Assembly (NCBI RefSeq): GCF_009914755.1
Contig: NC_060939.1
Source: the human T2T-CHM13v2.0 reference genome, Homo sapiens
Direction: 5' to 3' (one strand)
DNA: 64,000 bases
The position numbers were made by a program, and so were the translations under genes. The notes under the pieces are model-generated. The model saw only the letters and a program-made list of their open reading frames with translations, did not search any database and was not told where the DNA came from. This document shows, piece after piece, positions 1 through 12,758 of the stretch (position 1 is its first letter; the number at the start of each line of letters is the position of its first letter).

Positions 1-322
1 TCATGAGGAGATTGGCAGGCCCCAGATCCCTGCAGCTACTGGGACAGAGGCTTCAGTTCCTTGCCATGGGGGCCTCTCCCTAAAGCTGCTCACAACATGG
101 CAGTTGGCTTCTCCCACAGCAAGAGAGAGAATCCCCAGAGAGAGCAAGAGGCTCCACAATGGAAGGCCTAGTCTTTCACAATCTAATCCCAGCAGTGACA
201 TACCCATCACTTCTGCTCTGTTATTGGTCAGACCAACCCTGGTGCAATGTGGGAGAGGACCACACAGGGTACAAATCCTGGGAGGCAGGGGCCCTTGGGC
301 CATTTGAAGGGTGGTTACTCCA
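1..322 (-). mobile_element. ERVL-MaLR LTR fragment (MLT1F/G-like), cut by window edge
   Basis: cccatcacttctgc...attggtcagaccaaccctggt...tgtgggagaggaccacacaggg...gggccatttgaagggtggttactcca resembles the reverse complement of the MLT1F-group LTR 5' end. Confidence 0.6.
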
Positions 323-1479
323 GCAGGTACAGAGTATGGTGAGCCCACATGAGGAGGTGCCCAGATTGCAGCCATAGATCCTTGGGCAGGTCATCCAACC
401 TCATTTACGCTGTTTGCACTTACAGAAAATGAGAATAATAGACTCGTCAGGGCTTGGCAATGCCTATGAAAGTGCATTGAACAAAGGGAAGTATGCTGCA
501 GATATAAGACAACATGGTTTTGATTGTAATTACTAGTACCAGTAGCACATAGTTGTGAGGACTCCTATTCTGTTGAGCTAACAGCCCTGACCCACCTGTA
601 TCAATCAGTGCCAATGTATATTTCACATTGCCAATACCCAGCGTCAGATAATGAAGTTTTGCAAAATACAGCTTGGGTGGGATCTCTTTAATGACCTGTT
701 AAAACTGATTTATAGTTAGCTTTTTACCTGAATGCACATAAGGAATCTGGAGTTCTTGCTAGTTCTTGCTTGGAAATGATCTGTTTCTTCATCTGAATGT
801 CCTCCCTTCATCTGATTTCCTTAGCAACCCTGGTTTTTCTGTTTTGATTGACAATACAAAATTAAATATTAGTCCAGTCCCTCACTGGGCTATCACAGGT
901 TCCAAAACACCCAGCCCTCATGTCATTGATCCAACATCAACCGTTCCACCGGTCCTTCCCTCCCCTGCCCCCTTACCCTGCCCTAAGGGCTCTCAAGACA
1001 GACCTGTTTAACTCTGGGCATTTAGAACACAGAAGACTTTCTCACCAGGGAATCTCTCTTTCTAAAATCCCCACAGAGCTGGTCAAGCAAGAAGAGCACT
1101 GGACTACGCATCAAGACCTGGGGTGCTGATCCCGACTCTCATCCTTGACTGCAGTGTGGGCTGGGCAGGTCACTTCACTGCTCTGAGCGATTTAGTTCTG
1201 GTTTTGAAAGACTGGGTGATTCTACCCATTATTCACTGAGCACCTCTGGGCCTTCTATTATGGCCTCCTCCCTTTCCTGCCCTGCAGCTCCCTGCCAAAA
1301 ACAAAGCCTATGCAACCTTCGTAGATACTCTTCATAGAATCTGTTTCTCTCCCTGTGGGCTCTTTCCTTCTGAGCACTGGCAGGACTTAACCATATGTTC
1401 TAGGCATTGGGTGTGAAACCAGCAAGGCTTGGTGCTGGAAATTTAGCCTCATCTTCCCAACCACCATAGCTAACTCTTG

Positions 1480-1680
1480 TCAAGTACTTGCTCTGTGTGC
1501 CAGGCACTGTTCTACCTCATTAAAACTTCACAGCAACGCTGAAGTGGCTATTATCATCTTCATTTTATAGATGAGGAAATTGAGGCTCAGAGAGAGTAAG
1601 TAACTTATTCAAAGTCACCCAGCCCACATGAGGCAGAGCCAGGATTCATGCCCAAGCAGTCCAGAACCCAAGCACGCTGT
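1480..1680 (-). mobile_element. MIR SINE
   Basis: MIR core cattttatagatgaggaaattgaggctcagagag...taacttattcaaagtcacccagc...gcagagccaggattc. Confidence 0.8.
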
Positions 1681-2058
1681 CTTGGGACTGGATTTTCTTT
1701 CCCCATGAAGAATGTAAATTTCTTAATCACAGGCCCTGTTTATTTTACACACAGTCAGCATCTGCAAGTCTTTGTTAACTGATTACAGGTTTCTGTAATT
1801 CTAGGCATGTTAAGCGTAGGGTCAAGCATAAACTCTGTCCCTACCTTTCCAGAACATATGCTCTGATATATTATAGCAGACAAATGCAAAATTTCCAAGA
1901 CTCGTGGGATTTAGAAGGGATTTTTCTCAACTCTTCTTTTCCAGATAAGAAAAGGGAAGCTTGAGGAGATTAAGTTACTTCTGACCACATAGCTCCCTGC
2001 TGCAGAACCAGGACAGAAACCCAAGCCTTCTCATCCCTATCACGAGTTGGATCTAGGG

Positions 2059-2284
2059 CAGTGGTTCTCAGTGGTTCTCAACTGGGATGGTTTCGCTCCC
2101 TCACCCCATGGGACATTTGGCAATATCTGGGGGCATCTTTGCTTGGCACAGCTGGAGAAGAGGATGTTACTGGTATCTAGTGAGAAGCCAGGGGTGCTGT
2201 TAAACATCCTACAATGCACCAGACAGCCTTCACAGTAGAATCATGTGGCCCAAAATGTCAATAGTTCTGAAGTTGAGAGATCCA
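2059..2284 (+). mobile_element. MER20 (hAT-Charlie) DNA transposon fossil
   Basis: Begins cagtggttctcaactggg (first 10 bp tandemly duplicated), ggacatttggcaatatctgg, taaacatcctacaatgcac, ends ggcccaaaatgtcaatagttctgaagttgaga. Confidence 0.85.
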
Positions 2285-2693
2285 TTCTGTGGGATTTACC
2301 ACTTCCTCTAAGGCTCTTTGTTTCTGTATCTTTACAAGCAGTCATCTACAGTTGGACACCTTGTCTTATTCATCCTTGGCTCCAGTGCTCAGAGAAGTGC
2401 CTGGCACGTAATAAAAGCTCATTGAACAAGGGAGGGAAGGAGAGAGGGAGAAAAGGAAGGGAAAGAATGACAGAAAAAGATATCAGGCTTTCCTGGCAGG
2501 CAAAGAAAGTCCAACACTATAAATCAAGACCTCTGTTCATAAAACAGAAGATGTCTGACTGTTTGAAATCAATTCTTGTATATCATTCCAGAGAGAAGAC
2601 TAACTCCGAATACCTTAATTATGCGTTAGCACAATTTAGACGAATACTCACAAAATTAAGCAGAGAACCCAAGCCCTGCTACAGAAGTCTTCC

Positions 2694-2735
<42 letters not shown>

Positions 2736-2737
<2 letters not shown>

Positions 2738-2959
2738 AAGATGGAGTCTCCCTCTGTCACCCAGGCTGGAGTGCAGTGGTTCAATCTCTCCAGGGATTAC
2801 AGGTCTGCGCCACTGCACCCGGCTCATTTTTGTATTTTTAGTAGAGATAGGGTTTCACTATGTTGGCCAGGCTGGTCTCCAACCCCTGACCTCAGGTTAT
2901 CCACCCGCCTCAGCCTCCCAAAGTGCTGGGATTACAGGCATAAGCCACTGCGCCCGGCC
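2736..2959 (-). mobile_element. AluS-type element with ~60-bp internal deletion and no T-tail
   Basis: agatggagtctccctctgtcacccaggctggagtgcagtgg...aatctc jumps via tcca to gggattacagg; ends ...cgcccggcc. Confidence 0.9.
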
Positions 2960-3804
2960 CTTTTAAAGTAAATCTTGATTGATGGACATGATGAAGTCCG
3001 TGAGGTACAAATGCACTGCCTTTTACAAAAGTAACTGGTTCCTTGGAGGTGTCCATTGGGAAGATGGCAGTAGTTAGAGCTGCCACTGAGGAAGACATAA
3101 TAGGCAGCTCTCATTCCAAGGCAGCTGAGCCACGAAGAAGGCTGGCCTGAGTGGTCAGTGTGCAGTAAATCCAAATCTTTAAATGCAGTTCATGCTTCAC
3201 CCCCGACCGAATGACAAATGGCTCCCCCGTCAGAGCAAGCTGGCAGGTGATGCACCACTCCTCCCCTCCCCTGCCACCCGTGGTGGGACAATCTGTCAGC
3301 AGCCACTAATTCTCAGGAATGGATGGGGAAGTGGGGGAAGTCAGGCTGTGTTTATTGGGCAAGGAGAAGGGGTCTCTGAGCCCAAAGACCTTCTTGGGAA
3401 ATGCAGCTCCTGCCCTCCACAGCAAATAATGCTCAATGACCAGTCAGGGAGAGCTTGTCTGGGCTCTCTTCAAGCTATGGGGAGCATCTAGAAAATGCCT
3501 TGAAACCGTCAGATGGAAACATCCTCTCATCTTCCTCCCTCCTGGAAGCAATGTGCTCCGCCGCTCTTCCAAACCCTTCCTGTCTCTACTGGTACACCTC
3601 TCCAAAGCCCTCTGGATACCTCCCATGATATGCCTTTCCCAGGCTCCAGGTCAGCACAATGCTCTCCCCACTCTATTCCCCAAATGCATACCTGTCTCCA
3701 TCGCAGACACCTTCACATGCCTGGCTGGCAGGAGCTCAGCCCTGCCCATCTGCCTGTCTTTGTTGTGCGACCACCTTCAGGGTCCTCCCTTGGGCTCAGC
3801 AGTG

Positions 3805-3982
3805 AGCTGACTTGCCATGGAGCCAATGGAGCTTAGGTGTCAAGATCCTTCACTTGCACAAGCCCCTTTCAACCTCCTCTCCCCCAACACACAATTATGT
3901 ATTCATGATGTATTTTTTTTCTTAAAGAGGACCTCCAAATTATATCTAAGATTCAGGCTCTGTAGAACCTGGCTCTTTCCGG
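3805..3982. mobile_element. MER53-like hAT DNA transposon fossil
   Basis: ccttcacttgcacaagcccctttc...ttcttaaagaggacctccaaattata...ttcaggctctgtagaacctgg resembles MER53 as I recall it. Confidence 0.45.
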
Positions 3983-4204
3983 CCAAAATATGATCTTTAC
4001 AGAGCTCAACATGCCTTGCACACACTAGGTGTTTAATAAGAGCTGAAGGATCAAAGAGAATGGATCCTGACCATGATTACAATTAATTAAGAAAGTGATT
4101 AACAGGAAAGGGAAGATTGGTGTTTCTCTCAGGCGAGCTTTCCTAATTCTTCCTCTACCATCAAACTGAAAAAAGCCAATAGTCTCCCCTATCTCAAATC
4201 CAGG

Positions 4205-4360
4205 ATCCTCGGAAGGGTTTGTTAAGTCACAGCCAGCTGGACCCCACCTCGCAAGGATGTGGTTCAATAGGTCTAGAGCGGGACTTACAATCTGCATTTC
4301 TAACAAATTCCTGGTGATGTTGCCACTGCTGGTCCGAGGCCCTCACTCTGAGAATCACTT
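4205..4360 (+). mobile_element. MER5A (hAT-Charlie)
   Basis: aatctgcatttctaacaaattcctggtgatgttgccactgctggtccgaggccctcactctgagaatcact is the MER5A terminus. Confidence 0.8.
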
Positions 4361-4365
4361 TGAGC

Positions 4366-4610
4366 CCCTGCGTTATCAATAGGGGCCATATTGCCCCCAA
4401 GAGGGTGAAATTGTATCTTGAGGTGGGTGATGAAAAAAGTTTTTATTATAAAGCAGATATATATATATACACACACACATATATATACAGTACACAAACA
4501 GGGTGCAGTATATCCCTGGTGCTAAAACTTCACGGGTAGACAATTAGGGGGTAAAAATGTCTAGAAAGACTCTTTAGGGGGGCAATCATGATAAAACATT
4601 GAGAAACACT
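4366..4610. mobile_element. hAT-Charlie non-autonomous element containing a (TA)n(CA)n(TA)n microsatellite
   Basis: Starts ...tcaataggggccatattgccccc, ends ttgagaaacactg (Charlie-type terminus); microsatellite ~4458-4488. Confidence 0.5.
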
Positions 4611-6639
4611 GACCTGGCCCAAGTGCCTACTTGGTGCTTACTCCCCAGCAGCTGAGCCAGAAGCCCTCACCTGCAGAGACCTGCAGCCCACACCATCTGA
4701 TACTGTGGAAGAAGCATTAGACTGGGAGTCACAAAACCCAGGTTCAAATCCTAGCTCTGCAGTAACTTCAGGCCTTCCCAGCCACACCCACTTCAGCTTC
4801 TGTACTGAAAGAGACAAAGTTACAACCAAAACTGCCAGGGAAAGAATGCTGTGCGTGCTTGGAAGAGATACATGAGGGGGTTGTTTATACAAATAGGAGT
4901 GAGCAATACTCCACAGGGCATTGTTGAGTAGCAAAAGCAACACATTAAACCATCTCCCAAGGAGGCTGGGCCTGTCAACGGCCTTGCTTCGCTGAGCATG
5001 GAAAAGCACGTGTCAGGCAGAGCAGGATTACTCGGCACAAGAGAGGCCAGGCTGGGGTGGGAAGAATGGAGAGACAGTGCCTGCCAGTGACAGGCTGGGG
5101 CAGGGTGTGAACACCAGGGAACATGCACACCGATCCTGATTTGAGCAAGTGTTCTCAGAGGCAGCTCTATAAATTCCTTCACCACCCCTAAGAATTTTGT
5201 ACTTTGTCGCCTGCCTCTAAACAATGCCTTTGGGGACAGCAGATTCTTTGGGGGTAGAGCCAAAAGAGGCTGAGTCTACTTTAATGTTATGCTGGCTCAA
5301 AAACAGACTCACACATAGTGGGAACCACCAGACTCCTGGGTTACAAGTCTTGTGTCTCTGTTAACTATGTGTCCAATCTCCCAGGCCCTAAACTAGGATT
5401 CTTTAGGAATGAGTATGTAACAGGAAAGGGAAGATCTGTGTTTCCCTGAAGCAGCTTTCATAATTCTTCTACCATCAACCTGAAAAGAACCAATAGTCTC
5501 CTCTATCTCTAAACCAGATTCCCATTTCTTCCTTAGAAACTATGTCCAGTCAGCCACCGAACCCTATAAGTTGATCCCAGTGGATCAACTCTTCCGCTCC
5601 GGTTTCTCTGAGCACCTAGGAACTGGTCCCTGTGTCTCTCCTGGGGGGATCCATTTCTTATCCAGGCCCCAGCTCTGCCTGTCCAGCCCAGGAGCTACCC
5701 GAAATGCTAAATCTGTCTTCTTGCTAAACAAGTTGGATTGTCATAACTGTATAGCCCTGGTCTAAGTGAGGTTGGATAACAGAAGTGGTCTAGGAAAACT
5801 GTGTCCTGGGGAGGAGGTAAAGTGATAAATAGGATGTGGTCACGGTGTCCTAGGCAGTAGCCCCTCACAATGCCAGTGGACGTCAGGATCACGAATCAGG
5901 GAGGTCTGATTCGGTAGAAGACATGAGTTGGGGAGGTCTGATTTGGTACAAGAGATCCAGAACTTGTGTCCAGCTGGAGTAAGGAGAGTAAGGTATAGCA
6001 GAGACAGGACAAAGTAAATTGGACCTCAGAGACAGGGCACTGGGCAGAGTCTGATTCCAACTGAAACGTAAGGATCCCCACATCCCTCAACAGTCCCTCA
6101 GATGGTGAGGTTTAGGACACAGTAAGGATGGGTGGAAAGAGCATGGGTTTGGGTATGTCTTCCCTCATGAAAACCGTGGAGCCAGAAGCAGTAGTGTTAC
6201 AGTGATGTCATCCCCTGAGGCTCAGTTTCCTCGTAGGTAAGGTGGGAATGGAAATGACTGCTGCATAGGCTGTGAGATGATTTTGTGAGATGTAAGCGCC
6301 CAACAGATGGTGGTGATGACGATGTTGGAATCAGGTGACTCTAGCCTCTTCACTGTCACGCTTGCTCTCGTCTGAACGTGCTTCCATGTCTCCATATTGC
6401 TCTTGTGTCCACAAGCAAAAGCAATAATCCATTGCCATTTAACCAGCACAAAACTGAATGAGGCTGTCACCTTCCTTTTCTGAAACACATGCTTCAGACA
6501 GCGCAGTCTACAGTCACTTGAGGGCTGGGAGAAGATGCTGTACAATATTTACTCCTGTTGAAAATTATAATCAATAAGTCCCTGACTGTTTTCATATGTG
6601 CTGCTACTAAGCTACCACTCCCTGACCTTGAGCAGATAG

Positions 6640-6960
6640 ATTTGGGATCCACGTGTAGCCCTGTTAAATTTTGTCTTTTCAGATTTAGTCTCTCCCTCTC
6701 TCTTCTCCCCCCACCACCCCCCTCTCCCCCCACCACCCCCCTTCTCATCCTTTTTGACACTTTTAGATTTGATATCTCTTCTAGCTTCTTGACATCTGAA
6801 ATGTGGTGAACTCATCCTCTATATTATCCAAATCAATGACAAAACTCTTGACTAAGACAAAGCCACGTCAAAACACAGGAACCCCTACCCCCTTGGAAGA
6901 CACACCAGGCCATTCATTGATACTTTTGGGGTGCATTGCTCCCATTAGTGACACAACCTT
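6640..6960 (-). mobile_element. L3/CR1 LINE fragment, interrupted by a C-rich low-complexity tract
   Basis: ttatccaaatcaatgacaaaactcttgactaagacaaagcca...ccattcattgatacttttgggg resembles the antisense CR1 RT region. Confidence 0.45.
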
Positions 6961-9900
6961 ACCATTCTCGCAGCCAATCCATATTTCTCCCATCTTTCCT
7001 CATGGGCATCACTGAGAAACCTTAGCAAATCTGCTTCCCAGACCCTTCTGTTCTCCTTTCACTCCCTCATTTGATCAGCCTCTGGGTCCTGCTGACTCCA
7101 CCTTAAAATGCCTCCTGTGCACCCTTTCCTCTGCGTCTCTACAACCGCACGCCTCACAGGGATTTGTCATCTCCTCCCAGAACATTGCAGTGATTTCCTA
7201 ACAGGCCCCCTCGCCTATATACCTAGACTCTTTCTGGGAGGGATTTAAGGTGGCTCAGCCTATGTATATTCACATGTCTCCACCTACTCCCAATGTGATC
7301 ATTACCTAGAGGCCTCTCATACTTTTTTTTTTTTTTTTTTAATACCTGAAGTTTTTTTGTTTATTCCTTTTTGTTTTCCAGCTCTACCCACCAGTATTTT
7401 TTTGTTGATGACAGATCTTCTCCTAAAATGACAAAGAATTTAGAAACATTTTCCATGTATTTTTAACATCTGCGTCAGTGAACAAAGAAATCATAGTTGA
7501 TGATGGGGTGGGGAGGGAGAAAAGGGAAACTTAATTAGCTTTAGTTTTTATAAGAACTTCCATCAGCGCTGAATGAACTGGAATATGACATCTGATTGGG
7601 CCTAATCACAAGGAAGAGTACATTAACTTGCCGTGAATATATTTACCAGTTTTTACAATACCATTTTTAAATCTCTACAGAAGCCAATTTTCTTACAAGA
7701 AAATTACCCTACCAAGATTTTTTTTAGAACAAGCAAACCCAAATTTCTTTCTTACCCTAACCCAGTTCATCCAGCTCTGACACTGTGGCCTGAGGACAGA
7801 CACTGATGCTATCTTGGAGCCTCTGCCTCTCCACCCTTCAGGAATGTTCTGCACCCTGAAGGAGGTAGGAAAACTTGAGGATGCAAAGAAAAACCAGACA
7901 TCTGTTATGTCTCTTGATGTTAGGGAGTGGGAGTGAAATTCCAGCTCACCCACTCTCCTGGGGAGGCTAGAATTTAATGGGATGCTTGAGATGCGTGGGC
8001 CGAGGGTGAGGCTGCAGCCAAAGATGCTTGAGGCTGGACCTGAAGGTGATTTAGTGACCAGAGGGCAATGCCAGGGAGAGAGAGCCTTGCACGGAGTTAG
8101 TGACACTACAGTTCCCAGAGTGGGGCAGGAAGAAGCAGGCACACCATGACATCTTCTCATTTTCTTTCCTTCTCTGCCGTTCCCCAGATGCCCCCTCACC
8201 AATTCATCAGCCCTTTCTTTCCTTCCACACAAGCTGCTCAGCACTTTGGCTCTGCTCTGGAAACATTTCCATTCCTGTGCTGCTACAGAACCCACCCTCC
8301 CCACCAGATTGGATGCACCTGGACAGCAGGATTGTGACTTAGCTGCCATCCCGAGTTTTACCTGGCACACGCAGGTGCTAGGTAGTATTCCTTCAAAACA
8401 AGGAAAAGGTGGTGTCGCATCCCTACTTAGCTCCTACCGTTGGGTTGGTTTGCAAATTTTGCATTGAATTCCATGTAATTTTCTCTTTTTTTTTTTTTTG
8501 TTTGTTTTTATGAAAACGTATCATTTAGCCTGCCTTAACTCTTGCTTTGAGGTCACAAATGTCAAAGTGGTTAACTCCAAGTCACCTCCAAGAACATTAT
8601 TCCTATTGGGTTAAGGCTCCACCCTTTTGAGCTCTAATTATCTCCTTAATGTGTGAGAACTGGGGGAATATGTTCCCAAATTAGAAATAAGTTCTCTAAA
8701 ACTAAGGCTTCCAATGCTGAAGAGAATGTACAAAATGAGAAAGGCATACTCAGTCCTTCACTTACACAGTCAAAGAGCAATTTTTAGGGCACTCCCATGT
8801 GCCAGACAGCCCAACAGGCTTTAGGGAGGCACAAGGATGAAGAGGACATGGTTATCAGCACCCCCAAGCAACTCTCAGCCTGTAGAGCTTTCCTAATCAT
8901 TCAACAGGTATTTGAGGTGCTGAAACATTGTTTAAAAAAAAAAAAAAAAAGCCCAGGTGCAAACACTTCTATCAGATGTGCCATGCATCATTGACAATAG
9001 TATACACATATTATTTATAATATGTATAGGTGCTTTATAAATATTAACTCATTTTATCTCCATAATAACTGAGCTATGGACAATAAATGATTATTATGGA
9101 CAATCTCTTAACCCTCACAATTCAGACAGTGTTGCTAATCCCATGTCAAAAAGGGGGAAACTGAGGTGCAGAAAAGTTAACTTTCCCAGAGTCACACAGC
9201 CTCTTAAGTGGTAGAACCAAGATTTTATTTGTCTTCCTGGTGTAAGAGAACTTGGTGGGTTCCTTAAACCCTGTTCAGGATCTGTCACTGGATTTGCCTG
9301 TTGTGCATTCAGAGGCTGGAGAAGGAGTGGAGGGGGCAGAGTCCAAGGTAGGACACTAAGAGTCAGGGAGAGGTGATTTGTGAAAGGCTTTAGGGGCAGC
9401 GCCAGCCTCTGGATAACAGGGACCCTGGTGGTACCAAGGAATCATTGGCAGGACTCTGGGAGATGAGGACTTGGTCTGCATGGGGCAGCACCTCGCATCT
9501 GATACTGGCGCATATCAGCACCCTACTGGACACATTCAAACAGGCAGCACCCTGTGAGTGTCTCAGCACCAGCACATCAACCTTCCAATTCACCAACTCA
9601 CTCCAGGGAATGTGAAGGGCAGGGTTCCACTGGGCCGCACCACCCAGCCCGGGGTGGCCCCAAAGGCAGAGGGGATGTGAGTGCTGTCTCTGTGAGCCTA
9701 AGTAGGCCCTGCACCTGCCAGAGACAGGGCACAGAGCAAGTGTCTGAGGGCAAGTCACCTGGACACAGCAGTGGCAGAAACCAAGGAGTAGGCATGCCAG
9801 GCAGGTCTCCAGCAGCCTCTGAGTTTCCAGGCACAGGGCCCACACCAGGGTGGACTTTTTATATGTACATACACACCCACACACCCACACCCCCACCCAA

Positions 9901-11254
9901 ACACACACACTGCACCAGTCCCGTTTCCTCAGATGGACATTTTTCAGAAGAAAGCCAATGACACTAGCAAGTCCATGACCCATTTCAAGATATGACAGGA
10001 CATCATTTTCCAAGTGGAGAAAACAAAAATTCTCAGAAAGCCCTGTATACCACAGAAATCCATACACCAGTTTCAAGTCTCATCCAACAGACCAGCCAGA
10101 GTGCAGGGCCACAGGGCACCCTGGCTGGAGTGAACAAGCTCCCTCCAAACCCCCTCAAGATTCTAGGCCCACCAGCATAAAAGTCCTCTTGATGGTGGGG
10201 TCATTCCAACCCCATCTGGGGTTGTAACCTCTCAGAGCAGAGGAAAATAAACAGGCTGTTGTCAGGCAGCCCAGGGCAGAAGTGATGACACCTGCTCATT
10301 CTGAATTTATCTTTATTATACATTATGGCCACCTGTGGACCATTCAGAAAAGATGCTTTTTGAGTCTCAAGCAAGTGACTCTTTAAGCCGAATCACAAAG
10401 AAATTCCCATTTTGGCCAGTTCTGTTTCTGGACGTCAACACCCCCCTCTCTGTATGAATAAGGGGTCTTCCAGATGGCCAGGAACAGCACTCAACAGGCC
10501 AAAACAAAGCAGAGGGTGGCTTGAGAACTACACTGCTACATTCAGCCTGAGGCCCAGCATCGACCTGGCCTTCTCCCACTTCCAACAACTCATTTTGTAG
10601 CTTTTTGGTTAAGAACAAATTTGGATTTCTTCTTTTTCTCCTCCCAGTAATCTCAAATGTATCAGAAGAAAGGAAATTTCTACCATTATTGTCAGAAACA
10701 AGACAAGTAAAAGGCCATCCTCAAATACTAGTGTTCTCTTCACCAGACAGCAGCACACGTGGAGAGTAGCAGATCTCTAAGCACGACCCAGTGTGTAACT
10801 CCAAATGGCCCCATTATCCTATCTCGAGGAGAGCTGCGCATGCTGTACCCTGTTTTACATGGCCTGCCATGCTTCTGGTAGCAAAGCAGTAATCTCCTGG
10901 TTATGTAGCACTGGGGATGCCAATAACAGCCAGATAAAGAATAGAACTCATGAGGCCAGTTATTTTCAGTCAAACCAAGCTACAAAAACCACAGTCATGC
11001 AGAAGCTGGAGGAACCACCAAGGCAAAGAGAATGGAAATTCCCTTATGCTAGACAGCACAGGTCCCCAGTTTTCTGGGACATCTGAAACTTGATGTGACA
11101 GCACTGGGAGAGGCCAACAGTCCACGAATAGGCCAGGACCTAAGGGGAAAGGCTACCACTCTACAGCCGGCCATCAGGGTGCTGGGCTACAGCAGGGCTG
11201 GCAGGAGCAGACGGAGGCCACATGCCAACTCCAGCCTCTGCTACATATGGTCCC

Positions 11255-11450
11255 AGCCCCCCTACTCACCAGCCATGTGGCCTCAGGCAAGTGGGATAAT
11301 CCCCGTGTCTCAGTTTCCTCATCTTTAAAAAGTGGGATAATAAAAGATTCATGTACTTTATAGGGTTGTTGTGAGGATCAAATGATTTAATATACAAAAA
11401 AATGTTGACAACAGGGCTCAACACAAAGTGTGCTCAACAGCTGCTGTTGG
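11255..11450 (+). mobile_element. MIR SINE
   Basis: tctcagtttcctcatctttaaaaagtgggataataa...tagggttgttgtgaggatcaaatga. Confidence 0.8.
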
Positions 11451-12758
11451 TATTGGTGGTGGTGGTGAATGGTCTGCCAGCTTGGTAGGGATGTCTATGA
11501 AGTGGGACAAACATTTCATGAGTATGAAGATAGACTGTTCAGATGATACTCATCTAATGCCATTGGCAGCTCCTCTCTTTATTGTACCAAGATCTGTTTC
11601 CTTCACGTTTCACCCAACGTCAACCAGCCCTTCCCTTCTTTGGACTAAGTCTCCCTTCAACACATCCTCAAATGACACAGTTTCCAGTCCCCTCACTCTT
11701 AGTCACCCTCCTTGGAACAAGCTCAAGTTGCTAAACAACTATCTCTAAAGCCAGTTCCCACCCGAGCCAACATTCCAAGGCCAAAAACCATCACCTCTAT
11801 CATGAGTTGAGTATCCTGCTTTCATTAGGGGACTGCACTGACGTGGCTGCAGGTTGCTGGTCAGCCCTAGGGAGCCAGTACCATACAGCCCCGCGAGCTC
11901 CCTCCTCACAAGAGGCGGCTGTTGCCTCCTTGTGCCAGAGCTCCTGGGCTTTGGATAGAGGAATTCCACTGCTTGGGTCTCATCCTTACTCACCAACTTG
12001 GAGGAACTTCCTTAGAGTGGATGGCAGCCGCCCCTCCCCACTCTGTCTCTGTGGTGTGTGCCCCACCTAGGCTGTGTTTGGGTGCCTGTAGTACCTCTTC
12101 CTGTTCTTGTCTCAAACACACACCTGTGGGGCTCCTTTCCCAGCACCGTGCTTCACAACGGGGCTCTCCTTAGCCCAGGAGGGGAGAGGCTGTGCAGAAA
12201 GGAGACTTCTATGACACCCTTGGGGCAAGGGTGTTGTTTTGCTCCTTCCATAGATCTCTGAAGCCACAGCTATGCAGGAGAACAGAAATAGAAGCCAGCC
12301 ACACCCAGTCTTCTTTGGCATGGGCACGTTGAACGGGCTCAGTTCTCCTGCCACGACTGAAAGGGCACCCTCCCACAGAAGGCACATGACCACTGTTCCA
12401 AGACAGTCCAGATCAGGAGAGAGGCCTTTGACCAGGGCAAAGCAGGTGCTGATGAGAAGGCACAGCAAAGGTGGCCCAAGCCACTCTGCCTATTCCCTAT
12501 CCCTCCCCTGTTAACTCCACTCACAATTCCAAACCCAGAGCCCTAGCTTCTGAGATATCCAGGTAGGCGACAAGATTTTCTTTCTCCACATGATACAGAC
12601 TGCTGAGAGGCTCCCCTAACAAAGCACCAGTATTCTCCCTGAAGACACAGGCTCAAATTATGCTCTATTCAAAGCTGGCTGTGTTCCCAACTCCTAAGCC
12701 CTGCTGGCTCCCTCTGCCCCCCACCCTGACGTGGGGGAAGATGCTACAGGTGTGGGGG

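Noticed and set aside
2245-2739. 164-aa ORF ending in poly-Lys
   Set aside because: Stitched from the MER20 end, an L2-like tail, a purine tract and the A37 run.
7693-8370. 225-aa - strand ORF
   Set aside because: No recognisable domain, composition typical of noncoding sequence, non-ATG start; expected by chance.
9390-10076. 228-aa - strand ORF
   Set aside because: Runs through a (CA)/(CACACC) simple repeat giving CVWV tracts; Cys/Leu-rich random composition, no homology recognised.
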